Source of the DNA: Thermoplasmata archaeon
GTDB taxonomy: Archaea > Thermoplasmatota > Thermoplasmata > RBG-16-68-12 > JAFNFQ01
Assembly: GCA_041489255.1 (NCBI GenBank)
Contig: JBGPQV010000011.1
Location: 3,528 to 67,527, forward strand
Length of the DNA stretch: 64,000 bases
Direction: 5' to 3'
Below are positions 19,403-28,820 of the stretch, one piece after another (position 1 is the stretch's first letter; each line of letters begins with the position of its first letter). A program made the position numbers and the translations under genes. The notes beneath the pieces were generated by a model. That model was given only the letters and a program-made list of their open reading frames with translations, searched no databases and was not told the origin of the DNA.

Positions 19403-20339
19403 GTTCGGACGGGAGGATATCGCGAAGCTGTACGTGGCCTCCATGAGAGACGGCGGGAACCACGTGGTTGAGTTCGTGGAATCCCTGCAGCCGCCAATCC
19501 CCCGCGACAGGAAGTGGGTCCTGATCGTCTCTTCCTCTTTCGGCTGTCCGATGGACTGTCTCATGTGCGATGCTGGCGGGAAATATTACGGGAAGCTGGA
19601 GACGGATGAGATACTCGCTCAGGTGGATCACATGGTGCTCCGGCGGTTCCCGGACGGACAGATCCCATCCGAGAAGTTCAAGATCCAGTTCGCAAGGATG
19701 GGTGAGCCCTCGTTCAACCCGAACGTACTCGACGCGCTCTCCGCAATCGCGGGGAGATATCACGCCCCTGGACTCATGGCCTGCGTTTCCACGATCGCGC
19801 CTGAGGGCTCTGGCGGTTTCTTCGAGAAGCTTGCGGGCATCAAGAGGAGCCTGTACCCTGACGGGAGATTCCAGCTGCAGTTCTCGATTCATACCACGGA
19901 CGATGAGAAAAGAGACTGGCTGCTTCCCGGCAGGAAGTGGGGCCTCGAGAGAATCGCGAGATTCGGGGATTGCTACCATGAAGAAGGTGACAGGAAGATC
20001 ACTCTCAACTTCGCGCTGACCCGAGGACTGCCAGTGGATCCAGGAGTCATCGCCGCGCATTTCGACCCCGACAAGTTCGCCGTCAAGCTGACCCCGCTCA
20101 ACCCCACCGCCAAGGCGATGAAGAACGGGTTGACATCCGCGCTGAATCCGCTCGAGCCTTCGACCGGAGCTGAACTCGCGAAGTCCTTCAACAACCTCGG
20201 CTTCGAGACGATCCTCAGCATAGGCGAACTCGAAGAGAACAAGATAGGCAGCAACTGCGGTCAGTTCGTCAGCATGGTCGACGATCGAGGCGTAAAGGTG
20301 AACGAGGGCTACGAGACGGCGAAGTACCGCCTCGCGTAA
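19386..20339 (+). CDS. Radical SAM domain protein of unknown function
   Basis: Carries CPMDCLMC (CxxxCxxC) near residue 55. It overlaps the upstream flavoprotein gene by 17 nt. Confidence 0.55.
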   Translation: MKIIGEFGREDIAKLYVASMRDGGNHVVEFVESLQPPIPRDRKWVLIVSSSFGCPMDCLMCDAGGKYYGKLETDEILAQVDHMVLRRFPDGQIPSEKFKIQFARMGEPSFNPNVLDALSAIAGRYHAPGLMACVSTIAPEGSGGFFEKLAGIKRSLYPDGRFQLQFSIHTTDDEKRDWLLPGRKWGLERIARFGDCYHEEGDRKITLNFALTRGLPVDPGVIAAHFDPDKFAVKLTPLNPTAKAMKNGLTSALNPLEPSTGAELAKSFNNLGFETILSIGELEENKIGSNCGQFVSMVDDRGVKVNEGYETAKYRLA

Positions 20340-22029
20340 TCCGATCTCGGATTGCGCGCTCCTGCAGGTCCCTCTTCAGCACTTTGCCGACTGGCGTCTT
20401 CGGCAGGGCCGGCACGAAGATGTAGGCCATCGGCCTTTTCCAGACGGCGACCCGCCCATCGGTGAAGGCGATGACTTCGTCACCAGCATCCTCTGACCCT
20501 TTTCTCAGCACGACGAAGGCAATCGGAACGTTCCCGCGCAGATCGTCCGGGATGCCGACCACCGCACATTCCTCCACCGCAGGGTGCTCCAAGATAGTCT
20601 TCTCAATTTCCCGGGGATAGACCTTCAGGCCGCCGCAGATCAGCATGTCCTTCTTCCTATCGACTATGTGGAAATACCCGTCATTGTCCATCAGAGCGAT
20701 GTCCCCCGTGAGGAGGAAAAGGCCGCGCATGACCACTGCGGTCTCGTCAGGCTTGTTGAAATATCCTTTCATGACCTGCGGTCCGCTGACGGCCAGCTCG
20801 CCGACCTCTCCGACGGGCATCTCGGCGAGACCGGTCTCGATGTCCACGATCTTGGCATCGGTGTCCGGGTATGGGATGCCTATGCAGTCCTTCGCGAGAC
20901 CGAAGAAAGGGTTGCAGTGAGTCACCGGCGAGGCCTCGGTAAGCCCATATCCCTCGACCAAATGTGCACCCGTGGCCTCCTCGAACTTCCTCCTGACATC
21001 CGGCGGGAGCGGTGCGGAGCCGGATATGCAGACGCGGATCGAGCTGATTTCGTGTTTGCACGCCTCCGGATCCCTGACTATGGCCGCGAATTGGGCGGGG
21101 ACTCCCGGGAATATCGTTGCCTTTGTCGCGTGGGCGAGCTCACTCGTGGTGACGCTCACCGTATGGTTCAACCGCATGACCATCGCGGCCGCCAGCCGAA
21201 TCGGGGCCAGCATCGCCGTCGTCAGGCCGTATGAGTGCGAGAACGGAACGAGGGAAAGGAAGACCTCCTTCCCCGGCTTCGCGTCCGGAAGCCAAGCGGC
21301 GGTCTGGCAAGCGTTCGCCATCAGGTTCGCATGAGTGAGCATCGCGCACTTGGGCGTGCCCGTCGTGCCCCCGGTGAACTGCAGCACCGCGACATCGTCG
21401 TGCGTCACGCCGACGTTCCTCGGATGGCGGGGGGAGTCGAGCGTCATCTCTTCAAAGCTGTGCATCCACGGTTCCTTCGGGACGACAACCTTCGCTCCCC
21501 CTCCCAGTCTCTCCCCGAGCGTCTTCTTCCTTAGCTGGAACAGCGGCCGCTCCATCGGCTGCAACCATTCCGCCGCATCGGTCATCACGATGTTGCCCAA
21601 GCGCGTATCGTCCTTGATCCTCAAGACCTTGCCCAGCAGGAAATCGAGGATCACCACGGTCTCCGTGCCCGTGTCGTTGTAGAGAGTCGCGAGTTCGCTC
21701 TGGCTCTGCATCGGGTCGGCCTGAACGATGATTCCGCCCGCCCTGAGAACGCCGAGGTACGTCATGACGGCTTGAGGGCAGTTCGTCATCAGCGGGGATA
21801 CCTTATCGCCCCTCGCTACGCCAATCGCCTGGAGTCCCGCCGCGAAGGTGTCGACCATCGAATCGAACTGCCCGTAGGTGATGATCCGTCCGTTGAAGTT
21901 GGTCGCCGGACTCTCGGGGAAGTCCCCTGCGGCATCTCGGATCAGGGTGTCCAGGGTCGTTTTCGGATACTCAAGGCTGCGAGGAACACCTTCGGGCCAA
22001 TGCTTGAACCACGGCCGCTCCGGCATCAT
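20269..22029 (-). CDS. AMP-dependent acyl-CoA synthetase/ligase
   Basis: Has the AMP-binding motif LQFTGGTTGTPKCAM, GYGLTEASPV, and a C-terminal Lys-containing motif. Confidence 0.8.
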   Translation of the reverse strand: MMPERPWFKHWPEGVPRSLEYPKTTLDTLIRDAAGDFPESPATNFNGRIITYGQFDSMVDTFAAGLQAIGVARGDKVSPLMTNCPQAVMTYLGVLRAGGIIVQADPMQSQSELATLYNDTGTETVVILDFLLGKVLRIKDDTRLGNIVMTDAAEWLQPMERPLFQLRKKTLGERLGGGAKVVVPKEPWMHSFEEMTLDSPRHPRNVGVTHDDVAVLQFTGGTTGTPKCAMLTHANLMANACQTAAWLPDAKPGKEVFLSLVPFSHSYGLTTAMLAPIRLAAAMVMRLNHTVSVTTSELAHATKATIFPGVPAQFAAIVRDPEACKHEISSIRVCISGSAPLPPDVRRKFEEATGAHLVEGYGLTEASPVTHCNPFFGLAKDCIGIPYPDTDAKIVDIETGLAEMPVGEVGELAVSGPQVMKGYFNKPDETAVVMRGLFLLTGDIALMDNDGYFHIVDRKKDMLICGGLKVYPREIEKTILEHPAVEECAVVGIPDDLRGNVPIAFVVLRKGSEDAGDEVIAFTDGRVAVWKRPMAYIFVPALPKTPVGKVLKRDLQERAIRDRITRGGTSPSRSPRSPLRLDRRPC

Positions 22030-22122
22030 TCTGTCTTTGGCGGTAGCCCAACTCTCCCTGATAAAGATGAGCGAGGAAGTTTTAAACGATGACCGAGCGC
22101 TCGCTCTCCGGGGTCAGACAGA

Positions 22123-22839
22123 TTGCGTAAAGATGTCATCACGAGCATGGACGGGCATGTGGCAGTACTCACGCTGAATCGCCCTCCCGCCAATCTGGTC
22201 AACAGGGAGCTACTCGCCGCGCTGGGGAAGGCGGTGGCAGGAGCCGTCGATGATCCCGATGTGCGTGTCATCGTGGCTATCGGCTGCGACAAGGTCTTCT
22301 CGGAGGGGCTGGACCTCGATTCATTCCTGGCGCTCGACGAAGATGGCAAGCGTGAACTGGTCCGGCTCGGGCGGGATGTCATGCGATCGCTGGAGCAGGC
22401 GCCAAAGCCGACAATCGCCGCCGTGGCGGGAAAGGCCCTAGGGGCAGGACTGGAGGTCGCCCTTGCGTGCGACATGCGCCTCGCGTCCGAGGACGCGCAG
22501 CTCGGCCACCCCGAGGTCTCACAGGGGCTGACACCTCTCTTCGGCGGCACTAATCGGTTGGAGCGGCTCATCGGAATGTCGCGATCGCGCTCACTGATAT
22601 TCACTGGCGAACCAATCCCCGCCTGGGAGGCGCTCGAGATGGGGCTCATCGGCAAGGTCGTGCCCCGCGGAGCCCTCCTGGAAGAGGCTCGAATCGCCGC
22701 CGCCAGAATCGCCAGCCAGCCCAACGATGCGGTGCAGGCTGCGAAGAGAATGATGTTGAGAGCAGAAGAGAAGGAGCGCGAGGAATCCGTCGATGATGTC
22801 GTGAAATCGATTTCGAGACTGTGCGGATTGAAGAAGTGA
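22123..22839 (+). CDS. Enoyl-CoA hydratase/isomerase (crotonase) family protein
   Basis: A 238-aa protein with a crotonase-fold pattern (VAVLTLNRPPANL...AIGCDKVFSEGLDL...AAVAGKALGAGLEVALACD). Confidence 0.75.
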   Translation: MRKDVITSMDGHVAVLTLNRPPANLVNRELLAALGKAVAGAVDDPDVRVIVAIGCDKVFSEGLDLDSFLALDEDGKRELVRLGRDVMRSLEQAPKPTIAAVAGKALGAGLEVALACDMRLASEDAQLGHPEVSQGLTPLFGGTNRLERLIGMSRSRSLIFTGEPIPAWEALEMGLIGKVVPRGALLEEARIAAARIASQPNDAVQAAKRMMLRAEEKEREESVDDVVKSISRLCGLKK

Positions 22840-22949
22840 ATCAGGACTGGCGCACTTTCCGAATCGAGAATGATAATCGTATCGTTCCCTTATTATGTCC
22901 CGCCTTCGTTGTATTGTGCGTGAAGAAGGCTGAAAGGCTAATCACTTTC

Positions 22950-23210
22950 ATGATTATCAATGGACCACCGGTCGAACTCCCAATCGAACTATCGACCACC
23001 CTCAGGAGGAAAGGCTGGCAGGCGCTCCGCCCTGGACAGATCTACGCCTTGTTCTGGGACTCGATCCTCACTGTCGACCAGGCAAATGCCGATAAGCTCA
23101 TGGAGCGCGTGATGGAGATTCACAGGGTCGCGACCCAGTTTGGCATCAACCACATGTTCAAGACGGTGAAGACGTCATCTGCGGACGCGAGGTATCCCGA
23201 GATCCTCTGA
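22950..23210 (+). CDS. Hypothetical protein
   Basis: An ORF with an AT-rich upstream region. The start was chosen at MIINGPP to avoid overlap with the upstream gene. No recognisable motif. Confidence 0.2.
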   Translation: MIINGPPVELPIELSTTLRRKGWQALRPGQIYALFWDSILTVDQANADKLMERVMEIHRVATQFGINHMFKTVKTSSADARYPEIL

Positions 23211-23249
23211 CAGCAGCGCTGTCTCCCCGATGAAATAGGCCGATATCCC

Positions 23250-24359
23250 TCACAGCGGGAACTGCTCGCTCGCCTCTCCCTTGTGTTTCCCGGCGCGCGC
23301 CCTGGTTTCCTCCATCTGTTCCCTGAGGTTCCACGGCATTTCCGCATAGACGTCCGTGAACATCGACTCGATTGGCGGTTTCGGGGCGGCCTCCTGCTCC
23401 TTGATGGCCGCGTTGAACTCCTCCTCTATCTGCTTGCGGATCTCCGCCTCCCACTTCTCATCCCACAGGCCTTTCGCCCGCAGGTAGAGCCTGAGGCGGG
23501 TGATCGGATCCCGCTTCCTCCACTCCTCCACTTCTTTGGCGTCGCGGTACCTCGTGGGATCGTCCGATGACGAGTGCGGCCCCATGCGGTAGGTGACCGC
23601 CTCTATCAGTGTCGGCCCCTTCCCCGCCCTCGCGTTCTCCACCGCGTGCTTCGTCGAGGTGTAGACGGCCAGGACGTCGTTTCCGTCGATCCTCACGCCC
23701 TCGAACCCGTAGGCCATGGCCTTCATCGCCACGCTCGGCGAGGCGGTCTGCCTGGTGAAAGGCAGCGAGATCGCCCACTGGTTGTTCTTGCAAAGGAAGA
23801 TGCAGGGTGCGTTGAACACGCCGGCGAAGTTCATCGCGACGTGGAAATCACCCGTGCTGGTCGCGCCGTCGCCGAAGTAGACCAGGGCCACGTTCCTCTC
23901 CTTCCTCATGCCCATCGCCATGGCCGCACCCACTGCCATCGGGATCTGGGTGGCAACGGGGCTGCTCGGGGTGACGAGGTTCGCGTCCCTGTCGCCGAGG
24001 TGGCTGGGCATCTGCCTGCCCTTGCTCGTGTCGATTGCGTTGCCGTAGATCTGGGCGACGATCTTCTTCAACGGCATGCCACGGACCAGCGCAGCGCCCG
24101 GCTCCCTGTACGCGGGGAAAACCCAATCGTCCTTCTCGAGGACCCACGCGCTCCCGACCTGGAGCGCCTCCTCGCCGGTCGATGGCACGTAGAAACCGAC
24201 TCGCCCCTGCCTCTGCAGCACGAGCATGCGGTCGTCCAGCATCCTCACCTTGACCAGGGTGCTGTACATCTTCCTGAGCTCGTCACCGGAGAGCTTCGGC
24301 TCGAACCTCTCGTCGAACCTGCCGTCGCTGCTGACGATCCTGAACAGGTTATCGTACAT
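23250..24359 (-). CDS. 2-oxoacid (pyruvate or branched-chain) dehydrogenase E1 component, alpha subunit (TPP-dependent)
   Basis: A 369-aa protein with the TPP-binding region YFGDGATSTGDFHVAMNFAGV and E1-alpha family conservation. No E1-beta or E2 gene is adjacent. Confidence 0.75.
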   Translation of the reverse strand: MYDNLFRIVSSDGRFDERFEPKLSGDELRKMYSTLVKVRMLDDRMLVLQRQGRVGFYVPSTGEEALQVGSAWVLEKDDWVFPAYREPGAALVRGMPLKKIVAQIYGNAIDTSKGRQMPSHLGDRDANLVTPSSPVATQIPMAVGAAMAMGMRKERNVALVYFGDGATSTGDFHVAMNFAGVFNAPCIFLCKNNQWAISLPFTRQTASPSVAMKAMAYGFEGVRIDGNDVLAVYTSTKHAVENARAGKGPTLIEAVTYRMGPHSSSDDPTRYRDAKEVEEWRKRDPITRLRLYLRAKGLWDEKWEAEIRKQIEEEFNAAIKEQEAAPKPPIESMFTDVYAEMPWNLREQMEETRARAGKHKGEASEQFPL

Positions 24360-25248
24360 CGGCCATCATCTCCCTCTTGCGCCGGGTCAGTGCCTCGATG
24401 AAGAACTCGCCGGCTCTATAAGAACTCCTCACCAACGGGCCAGAGGCCGTGTACAGGAAACCACGCTCCTGCGCTAGCCCGCGGTATCTCTCGAACTTCT
24501 CTGGCGGGACAAACTCTGAAACGGGCAGATGCCACTCGCTCGGCCTCAGGTACTGGCCGATTGTCAGCATGTCAACGCCGGCCTCGCGAAGGTCACTGAA
24601 GGACTTGAAGACCTCCTCCTCGGCCTCCCCGAGCCCGAGCATGATCGAGGACTTCGTGTAGATGTTCGGGTTCATGCGCTTGACCGCCTTGAGGACGGAC
24701 AGTGATTGGCGGTAGGTCGACCTCCTGTCCCTGACATTCGGTGTGAGCCTCTCCACGGTCTCGATGTTGTGGCCGATCACGTCGGGGCCCGCCTCGACCA
24801 CCTTGCTGAGTGCCTTCTCATCGGCACTGAAATCCGGGATGAGGGCCTCGATGATGATGCCCGGACTTGTCTCCTTGATCGCGGAGATCGTCTTCGCGTA
24901 ATGTCCCGCCCCGCCATCCCGCAGGTCGTCCCTGTCAACGGAAGTGAGGACCGCGTACTTGATGTCAAGATTGCCCAAAGCCGCCGCGACTTTCTGCGGC
25001 TCGCCCGGATCGAACATGCCACGAGGGTCACCGCTCTTCACCGCGCAGAACCTGCAGCCCCGCGTGCAGACATCGCCGAGTATCATGATGGTGGCGGTGC
25101 CGCCGCCCCAGCACTCCGCGGAGTTGGGGCACTGGGCCTCCTCGCACACAGTGTGGAGCTGCAGCCCCCTGAGAAGGTTCTTGACCTTGACGTAGGTCTC
25201 GCCGCTCGGGGCTCTCACCCTCAGCCATTCAGGTTTTTGCGCTGACAT
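24349..25248 (-). CDS. lipA: Lipoyl synthase
   Basis: Has CEEAQCPNSAECW (auxiliary cluster) and CTRGCRFCAV (radical-SAM cluster). The start is MSAQKPEWL at 25248. Confidence 0.85.
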   Translation of the reverse strand: MSAQKPEWLRVRAPSGETYVKVKNLLRGLQLHTVCEEAQCPNSAECWGGGTATIMILGDVCTRGCRFCAVKSGDPRGMFDPGEPQKVAAALGNLDIKYAVLTSVDRDDLRDGGAGHYAKTISAIKETSPGIIIEALIPDFSADEKALSKVVEAGPDVIGHNIETVERLTPNVRDRRSTYRQSLSVLKAVKRMNPNIYTKSSIMLGLGEAEEEVFKSFSDLREAGVDMLTIGQYLRPSEWHLPVSEFVPPEKFERYRGLAQERGFLYTASGPLVRSSYRAGEFFIEALTRRKREMMADVR

Positions 25249-25333
25249 TGAATAGCCGAGAAAAGGTCGACCCCCTTTATTTACATTGACGCTTGCCGGA
25301 GATTCCTTCGGGAGGAGGAAGGGGCGGGTCAGA

Positions 25334-25648
25334 CTAGCCGTACTTGTATTCCACGCCATAGCCGCCGCGCGGATAGTCCCAGGCGATCGCCTTGTTGCCC
25401 AGGCTGCGGCAGACGACTATGCAGGCGCCTAGCTCCATGCACCCCTCTATGTTGTAGACCAGCTCCTCGCCCTCGAGGCGGTAGACCTGGGCCGGGCACA
25501 CGTACAGACACGGCTTGCCCCTGCAATCCTTGCAGAGCTTCGTGTCGACGGTGATGAAAGGCTCCTCATCGTGGTCGAACGTGTCCAGGATGAGCTTGTC
25601 GTCCGGCGTGGCGGGCTTCTCGAAGGGCATCGAGGGCTTCTCGGTCAT
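25334..25648 (-). CDS. FixX-like ferredoxin (4Fe-4S)
   Basis: A 104-aa protein with CKDCRGKPCLYVCP...CMELGACIVVC. No etf/fixABC genes are adjacent. Confidence 0.65.
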   Translation of the reverse strand: MTEKPSMPFEKPATPDDKLILDTFDHDEEPFITVDTKLCKDCRGKPCLYVCPAQVYRLEGEELVYNIEGCMELGACIVVCRSLGNKAIAWDYPRGGYGVEYKYG

Positions 25649-25730
25649 CCGAGTTGCGATAGAGGCGCTCCATATTTAAGATGTCCGCGAGAGGTTTGCT
25701 CGATGAGAACGAGCCTTGGGTGCGGCCGTG

Positions 25731-26792
25731 TCAATACGCTGAAAAACGAACATCCATGCTCGGCAATGAAACGCCCGACCCTCGCCTCACCTCGCCTACC
25801 ACCTTCGCCTTCACGGACTTTCCGAGCGTCCGCATTATCCCTTTCACCTCGTCTTCGGGAGCGACAACGCACATTCCCATTCCCATGTTGAAGGTCCTGT
25901 ACATCTCGGTGTCTTCTATCCCCGCCAGCGTCTGGATTGCACGGAAGATCGGCTGCGGCTCGAGCGGGTCGGTGACGACAAACTCGACTTTCTCCTTGAG
26001 GCGTACGATGTTGGAGAGCCCGCCGCCGGTGAAGTGCGCCATGCCGTGCACCTCGTGCTTCCTCAGCACCGCCATGACCGGGCGGACATAGATGGCGGTT
26101 GGCTCGAGCAACGATTGGCCGACGCTGCCGCTCCCGCCAGGAAGCGAATCATGCACAGACAGACCGGCCTCCTTGAAAACGCGGCGGGCGAGCGTCAGGC
26201 CGTTCGAATGGATGCCCGTGCTACTCAGCCCTATGATGACGTCTCTATGCTTGATTGCCTTGCCCGCCACGATCTTGCTCTTCTCAACGATGCCCAGGCA
26301 AGTTCCCGCCAAGTCGAAGTCTCGTATGACTTCTGGCAGAATCGCTACCTCGCCACCGATGATCGATATGTTCGCTCGACGCGCCCCCTCGTTGAGGCCG
26401 ATGCCAATCTGCCTCGCGATCTCCTCGTTGTATTTCTCCACGGCAAAGTAATCGACGAATGCAATCGGCTCTGCTCCAATGCAGATCATGTCGTTGGCGT
26501 TCATGGCTACGCAGTCGATCCCCACAGTGTCCCACTTTCGCATCTGGGTCGCGACTAGCAATTTGGTCCCGACGCTGTCCGTGCACAATGACAAGGCGTG
26601 CTTACCGAAATCCGCGAGACCTGTGAAGTGGCCGATGCCGACCAGAGGTTTGCCTTTTCCCTTCCGGCTGTATGTCAGCTGCTCAACTATCGCCGAGATG
26701 TGCGAGGCTTTCCGGCTCTGATCGACTCCCGCCTCGGCGTATGTCCTGACAGCGGTCATCGAATAAGGCATCGCTTCATCCGACTTGAACAT
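25731..26792 (-). CDS. purM: Phosphoribosylformylglycinamidine cyclo-ligase (AIR synthetase)
   Basis: Has the PurM N- and C-domain pattern (YAEAGVD...GIGHFTGL...DSVGTK...GGEVAI...HFTGGGL). Confidence 0.85.
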   Translation of the reverse strand: MFKSDEAMPYSMTAVRTYAEAGVDQSRKASHISAIVEQLTYSRKGKGKPLVGIGHFTGLADFGKHALSLCTDSVGTKLLVATQMRKWDTVGIDCVAMNANDMICIGAEPIAFVDYFAVEKYNEEIARQIGIGLNEGARRANISIIGGEVAILPEVIRDFDLAGTCLGIVEKSKIVAGKAIKHRDVIIGLSSTGIHSNGLTLARRVFKEAGLSVHDSLPGGSGSVGQSLLEPTAIYVRPVMAVLRKHEVHGMAHFTGGGLSNIVRLKEKVEFVVTDPLEPQPIFRAIQTLAGIEDTEMYRTFNMGMGMCVVAPEDEVKGIMRTLGKSVKAKVVGEVRRGSGVSLPSMDVRFSAY

Positions 26793-26936
26793 TTGGCAGA
26801 CCGTTCAGGTGGACTTTGCGGCATTGCGACTCCTCGGTCCCCTCAATCCCTGATTCGTCCTCCATAAGCTCTTGGGTGTCCCCCTTCGAGCTGCCGAATC
26901 GAAGCATACAAGTCGGGGAAGGCGGTTCCACCCCGC

Positions 26937-27545
26937 ATGGGCAAGGCGTGGATCAAGCAGAGGAAGAGAGACGTGTACTACCGCGCCGCGAAGCGCGAAC
27001 ACTTCAGGAGCCGATCCGCCTTCAAGCTCATCCAGATCCAGGAGAAGTTCGGCGTGATGGAGGAAGGATGGGCGGTGCTCGACCTGGGCTCATCGCCCGG
27101 CGGCTGGTCGCAGGTCTCCAGGAATATGGTGGGCGACGACGGAGCGGTCTTCGCGGTGGACATCGTCGGGATGACTCCGATCGATGGCGTCAAGTTCTTC
27201 CACGGTGACCTCAGGGACGTGCGCTTTCTCAATGAACTCGTGGCGAGCATCGGGGCTGTGGATGCTGTGATATCGGATATGGCCCCCCGGCTCTCAGGCA
27301 ACAAGTCCTATGATCAGGCAAGAACATTGGAGCTGGCCGAGATTGCGTTCGATGTGGCATGCACTTGCCTCAGGGATGGCGGCAACTTTGTCGCGAAGGC
27401 GTTCAGGGGAGAGGATTTCGAGCCGTTCCTCTCGCGCGTCTCTTCTCGATTCAAGAGGACAAAAGCAATCTCGCCTCCAGCAACGTCGAAAGGCAGCGCC
27501 GAGGTCTACGTCGTCGCATTAGGTTTCAAAGGCCAGCGGACCTGA
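26937..27545 (+). CDS. rlmE: 23S rRNA (uridine-2'-O)-methyltransferase RlmE/FtsJ
   Basis: Has RDVYYRAAKREHFRSRSAFKLIQI and DLGSSPGGWSQV, the FtsJ signature. Confidence 0.85.
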   Translation: MGKAWIKQRKRDVYYRAAKREHFRSRSAFKLIQIQEKFGVMEEGWAVLDLGSSPGGWSQVSRNMVGDDGAVFAVDIVGMTPIDGVKFFHGDLRDVRFLNELVASIGAVDAVISDMAPRLSGNKSYDQARTLELAEIAFDVACTCLRDGGNFVAKAFRGEDFEPFLSRVSSRFKRTKAISPPATSKGSAEVYVVALGFKGQRT

Positions 27546-27560
27546 AGCTCATGGGTGAGT

Positions 27561-28727
27561 CTAGGCGCCTAGTGCCTTGGCCCTGTCCAAGCACTTCTGG
27601 GCCTCGTCCCTCATACCCAGCCTGGCGAGGACCTCTCCGCGGTTGAGCCAGGCAGCAACGTACCGTGGCTTGAGCCGCACGGCCTTGTCCTGGCACTCCT
27701 TGGCTTCGCTGAACTTCTTGGATACCGCCAGCGCCGCGCCCTTGTTGTTCCAGGCGATTGCGTATTTAGGCTTGAGCTCGAGGGCCTTATCGTAGCACTC
27801 TATCGCCTTCGCCGGGTCGCTCGACTTGAAGTAGATGTCGCCTTTGTTGCACCAGGCAATCTCATTCTCCGGGTCGAGCTTCAGTGCGACGTTCTGGCAA
27901 TGGAGCGCGTCCTCGAACTTGCCCATGCGCTTGAACGCAACCCCTTTGCTGGCCCAGGCGCTCGCGGGCTTCGAGCCCATGCGGATCGCTCGGTCATAGT
28001 AGTAGATGGCGTCCTGATAGCTCCCTTCCTTGACGAGCTTGTCGCCCTGGACGATGGCCGACGTGCTCATGCGGAGCAGCATCATGCCGGCTGCCATACC
28101 GATGATGGCCACGACGATGAAGACTACCAATATGATCGGATTCGCGGCTAGGGCCGAGGAATCGTACATCCTGCCCAGGGCGAAGATGATCAGCAAGGCG
28201 ACTACCGTCCCGGCGACGTCGACGTCGATCAAGCGCCCGTGGCCGACCTTGATCTTCGAGACGTCCTCCTCCGTGACCGAGACTGCGACAGGTGCCTCGG
28301 CCTCTTCCTCCGCCTCCGCAATAGTCTCCTCGACAGGCGCGGCCTCCTTGGCCTTGGCTTCCTCGGCCGCCACCTTGGCGAACCTGGCACCGCAATGCGT
28401 GCAGACCTCGGCATGGACTGGGAGCGGCGTGCCGCAGAGCGGGCACTCGAACTCCTCGCTCGGGGCAGCCTGCTCTTCGATCAACAGCGAATCGAGCAGC
28501 TCGTCGACCAGTTCCTTCTCGACATCGATGGACTCCTTTCCTCCCTCCGCCGACGCTGCCTCCGCTTCGCCGGGGGCCTCGATCAGCTCCTCGAGGAGCT
28601 TGTCGACATCCGCCTCTTCCTTGGCTGACGCGGCCTCGAGCTTGACGCCGCACGATTCGCAGAATTCTATTCCGGGCGGGTTATCGGCACCGCAGACCCG
28701 GCACTTGGCCTTGGAGTTATCAACCAA
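27561..28727 (-). CDS. Zinc-ribbon/TPR-repeat membrane protein
   Basis: Two CxxC...CxxC zinc ribbons (CRVCG...CESCG and CPLCG...CTHCG) are separated by an acidic linker. A double TM follows, then about 5 TPR repeats (WASKGVAFKRMGKFEDAL...). Confidence 0.6.
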   Translation of the reverse strand: MVDNSKAKCRVCGADNPPGIEFCESCGVKLEAASAKEEADVDKLLEELIEAPGEAEAASAEGGKESIDVEKELVDELLDSLLIEEQAAPSEEFECPLCGTPLPVHAEVCTHCGARFAKVAAEEAKAKEAAPVEETIAEAEEEAEAPVAVSVTEEDVSKIKVGHGRLIDVDVAGTVVALLIIFALGRMYDSSALAANPIILVVFIVVAIIGMAAGMMLLRMSTSAIVQGDKLVKEGSYQDAIYYYDRAIRMGSKPASAWASKGVAFKRMGKFEDALHCQNVALKLDPENEIAWCNKGDIYFKSSDPAKAIECYDKALELKPKYAIAWNNKGAALAVSKKFSEAKECQDKAVRLKPRYVAAWLNRGEVLARLGMRDEAQKCLDRAKALGA

Positions 28728-28820
28728 CGGTGCACCTTTAGGTTTTGAAGCCCGACTCTAGCATATATACCTTGCGAGACGGTTCTTGGTCGCGCGGTTT
28801 TCTCCGAATCGTTGACTCAC

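Noticed and set aside
22860-22940. C/D-box sRNA-like pattern (ATGATAA ... CTGA) in the AT-rich spacer
   Set aside because: The boxes are imperfect and the internal D' and C' boxes are not convincingly placed. The pattern is more likely just promoter AT-richness.
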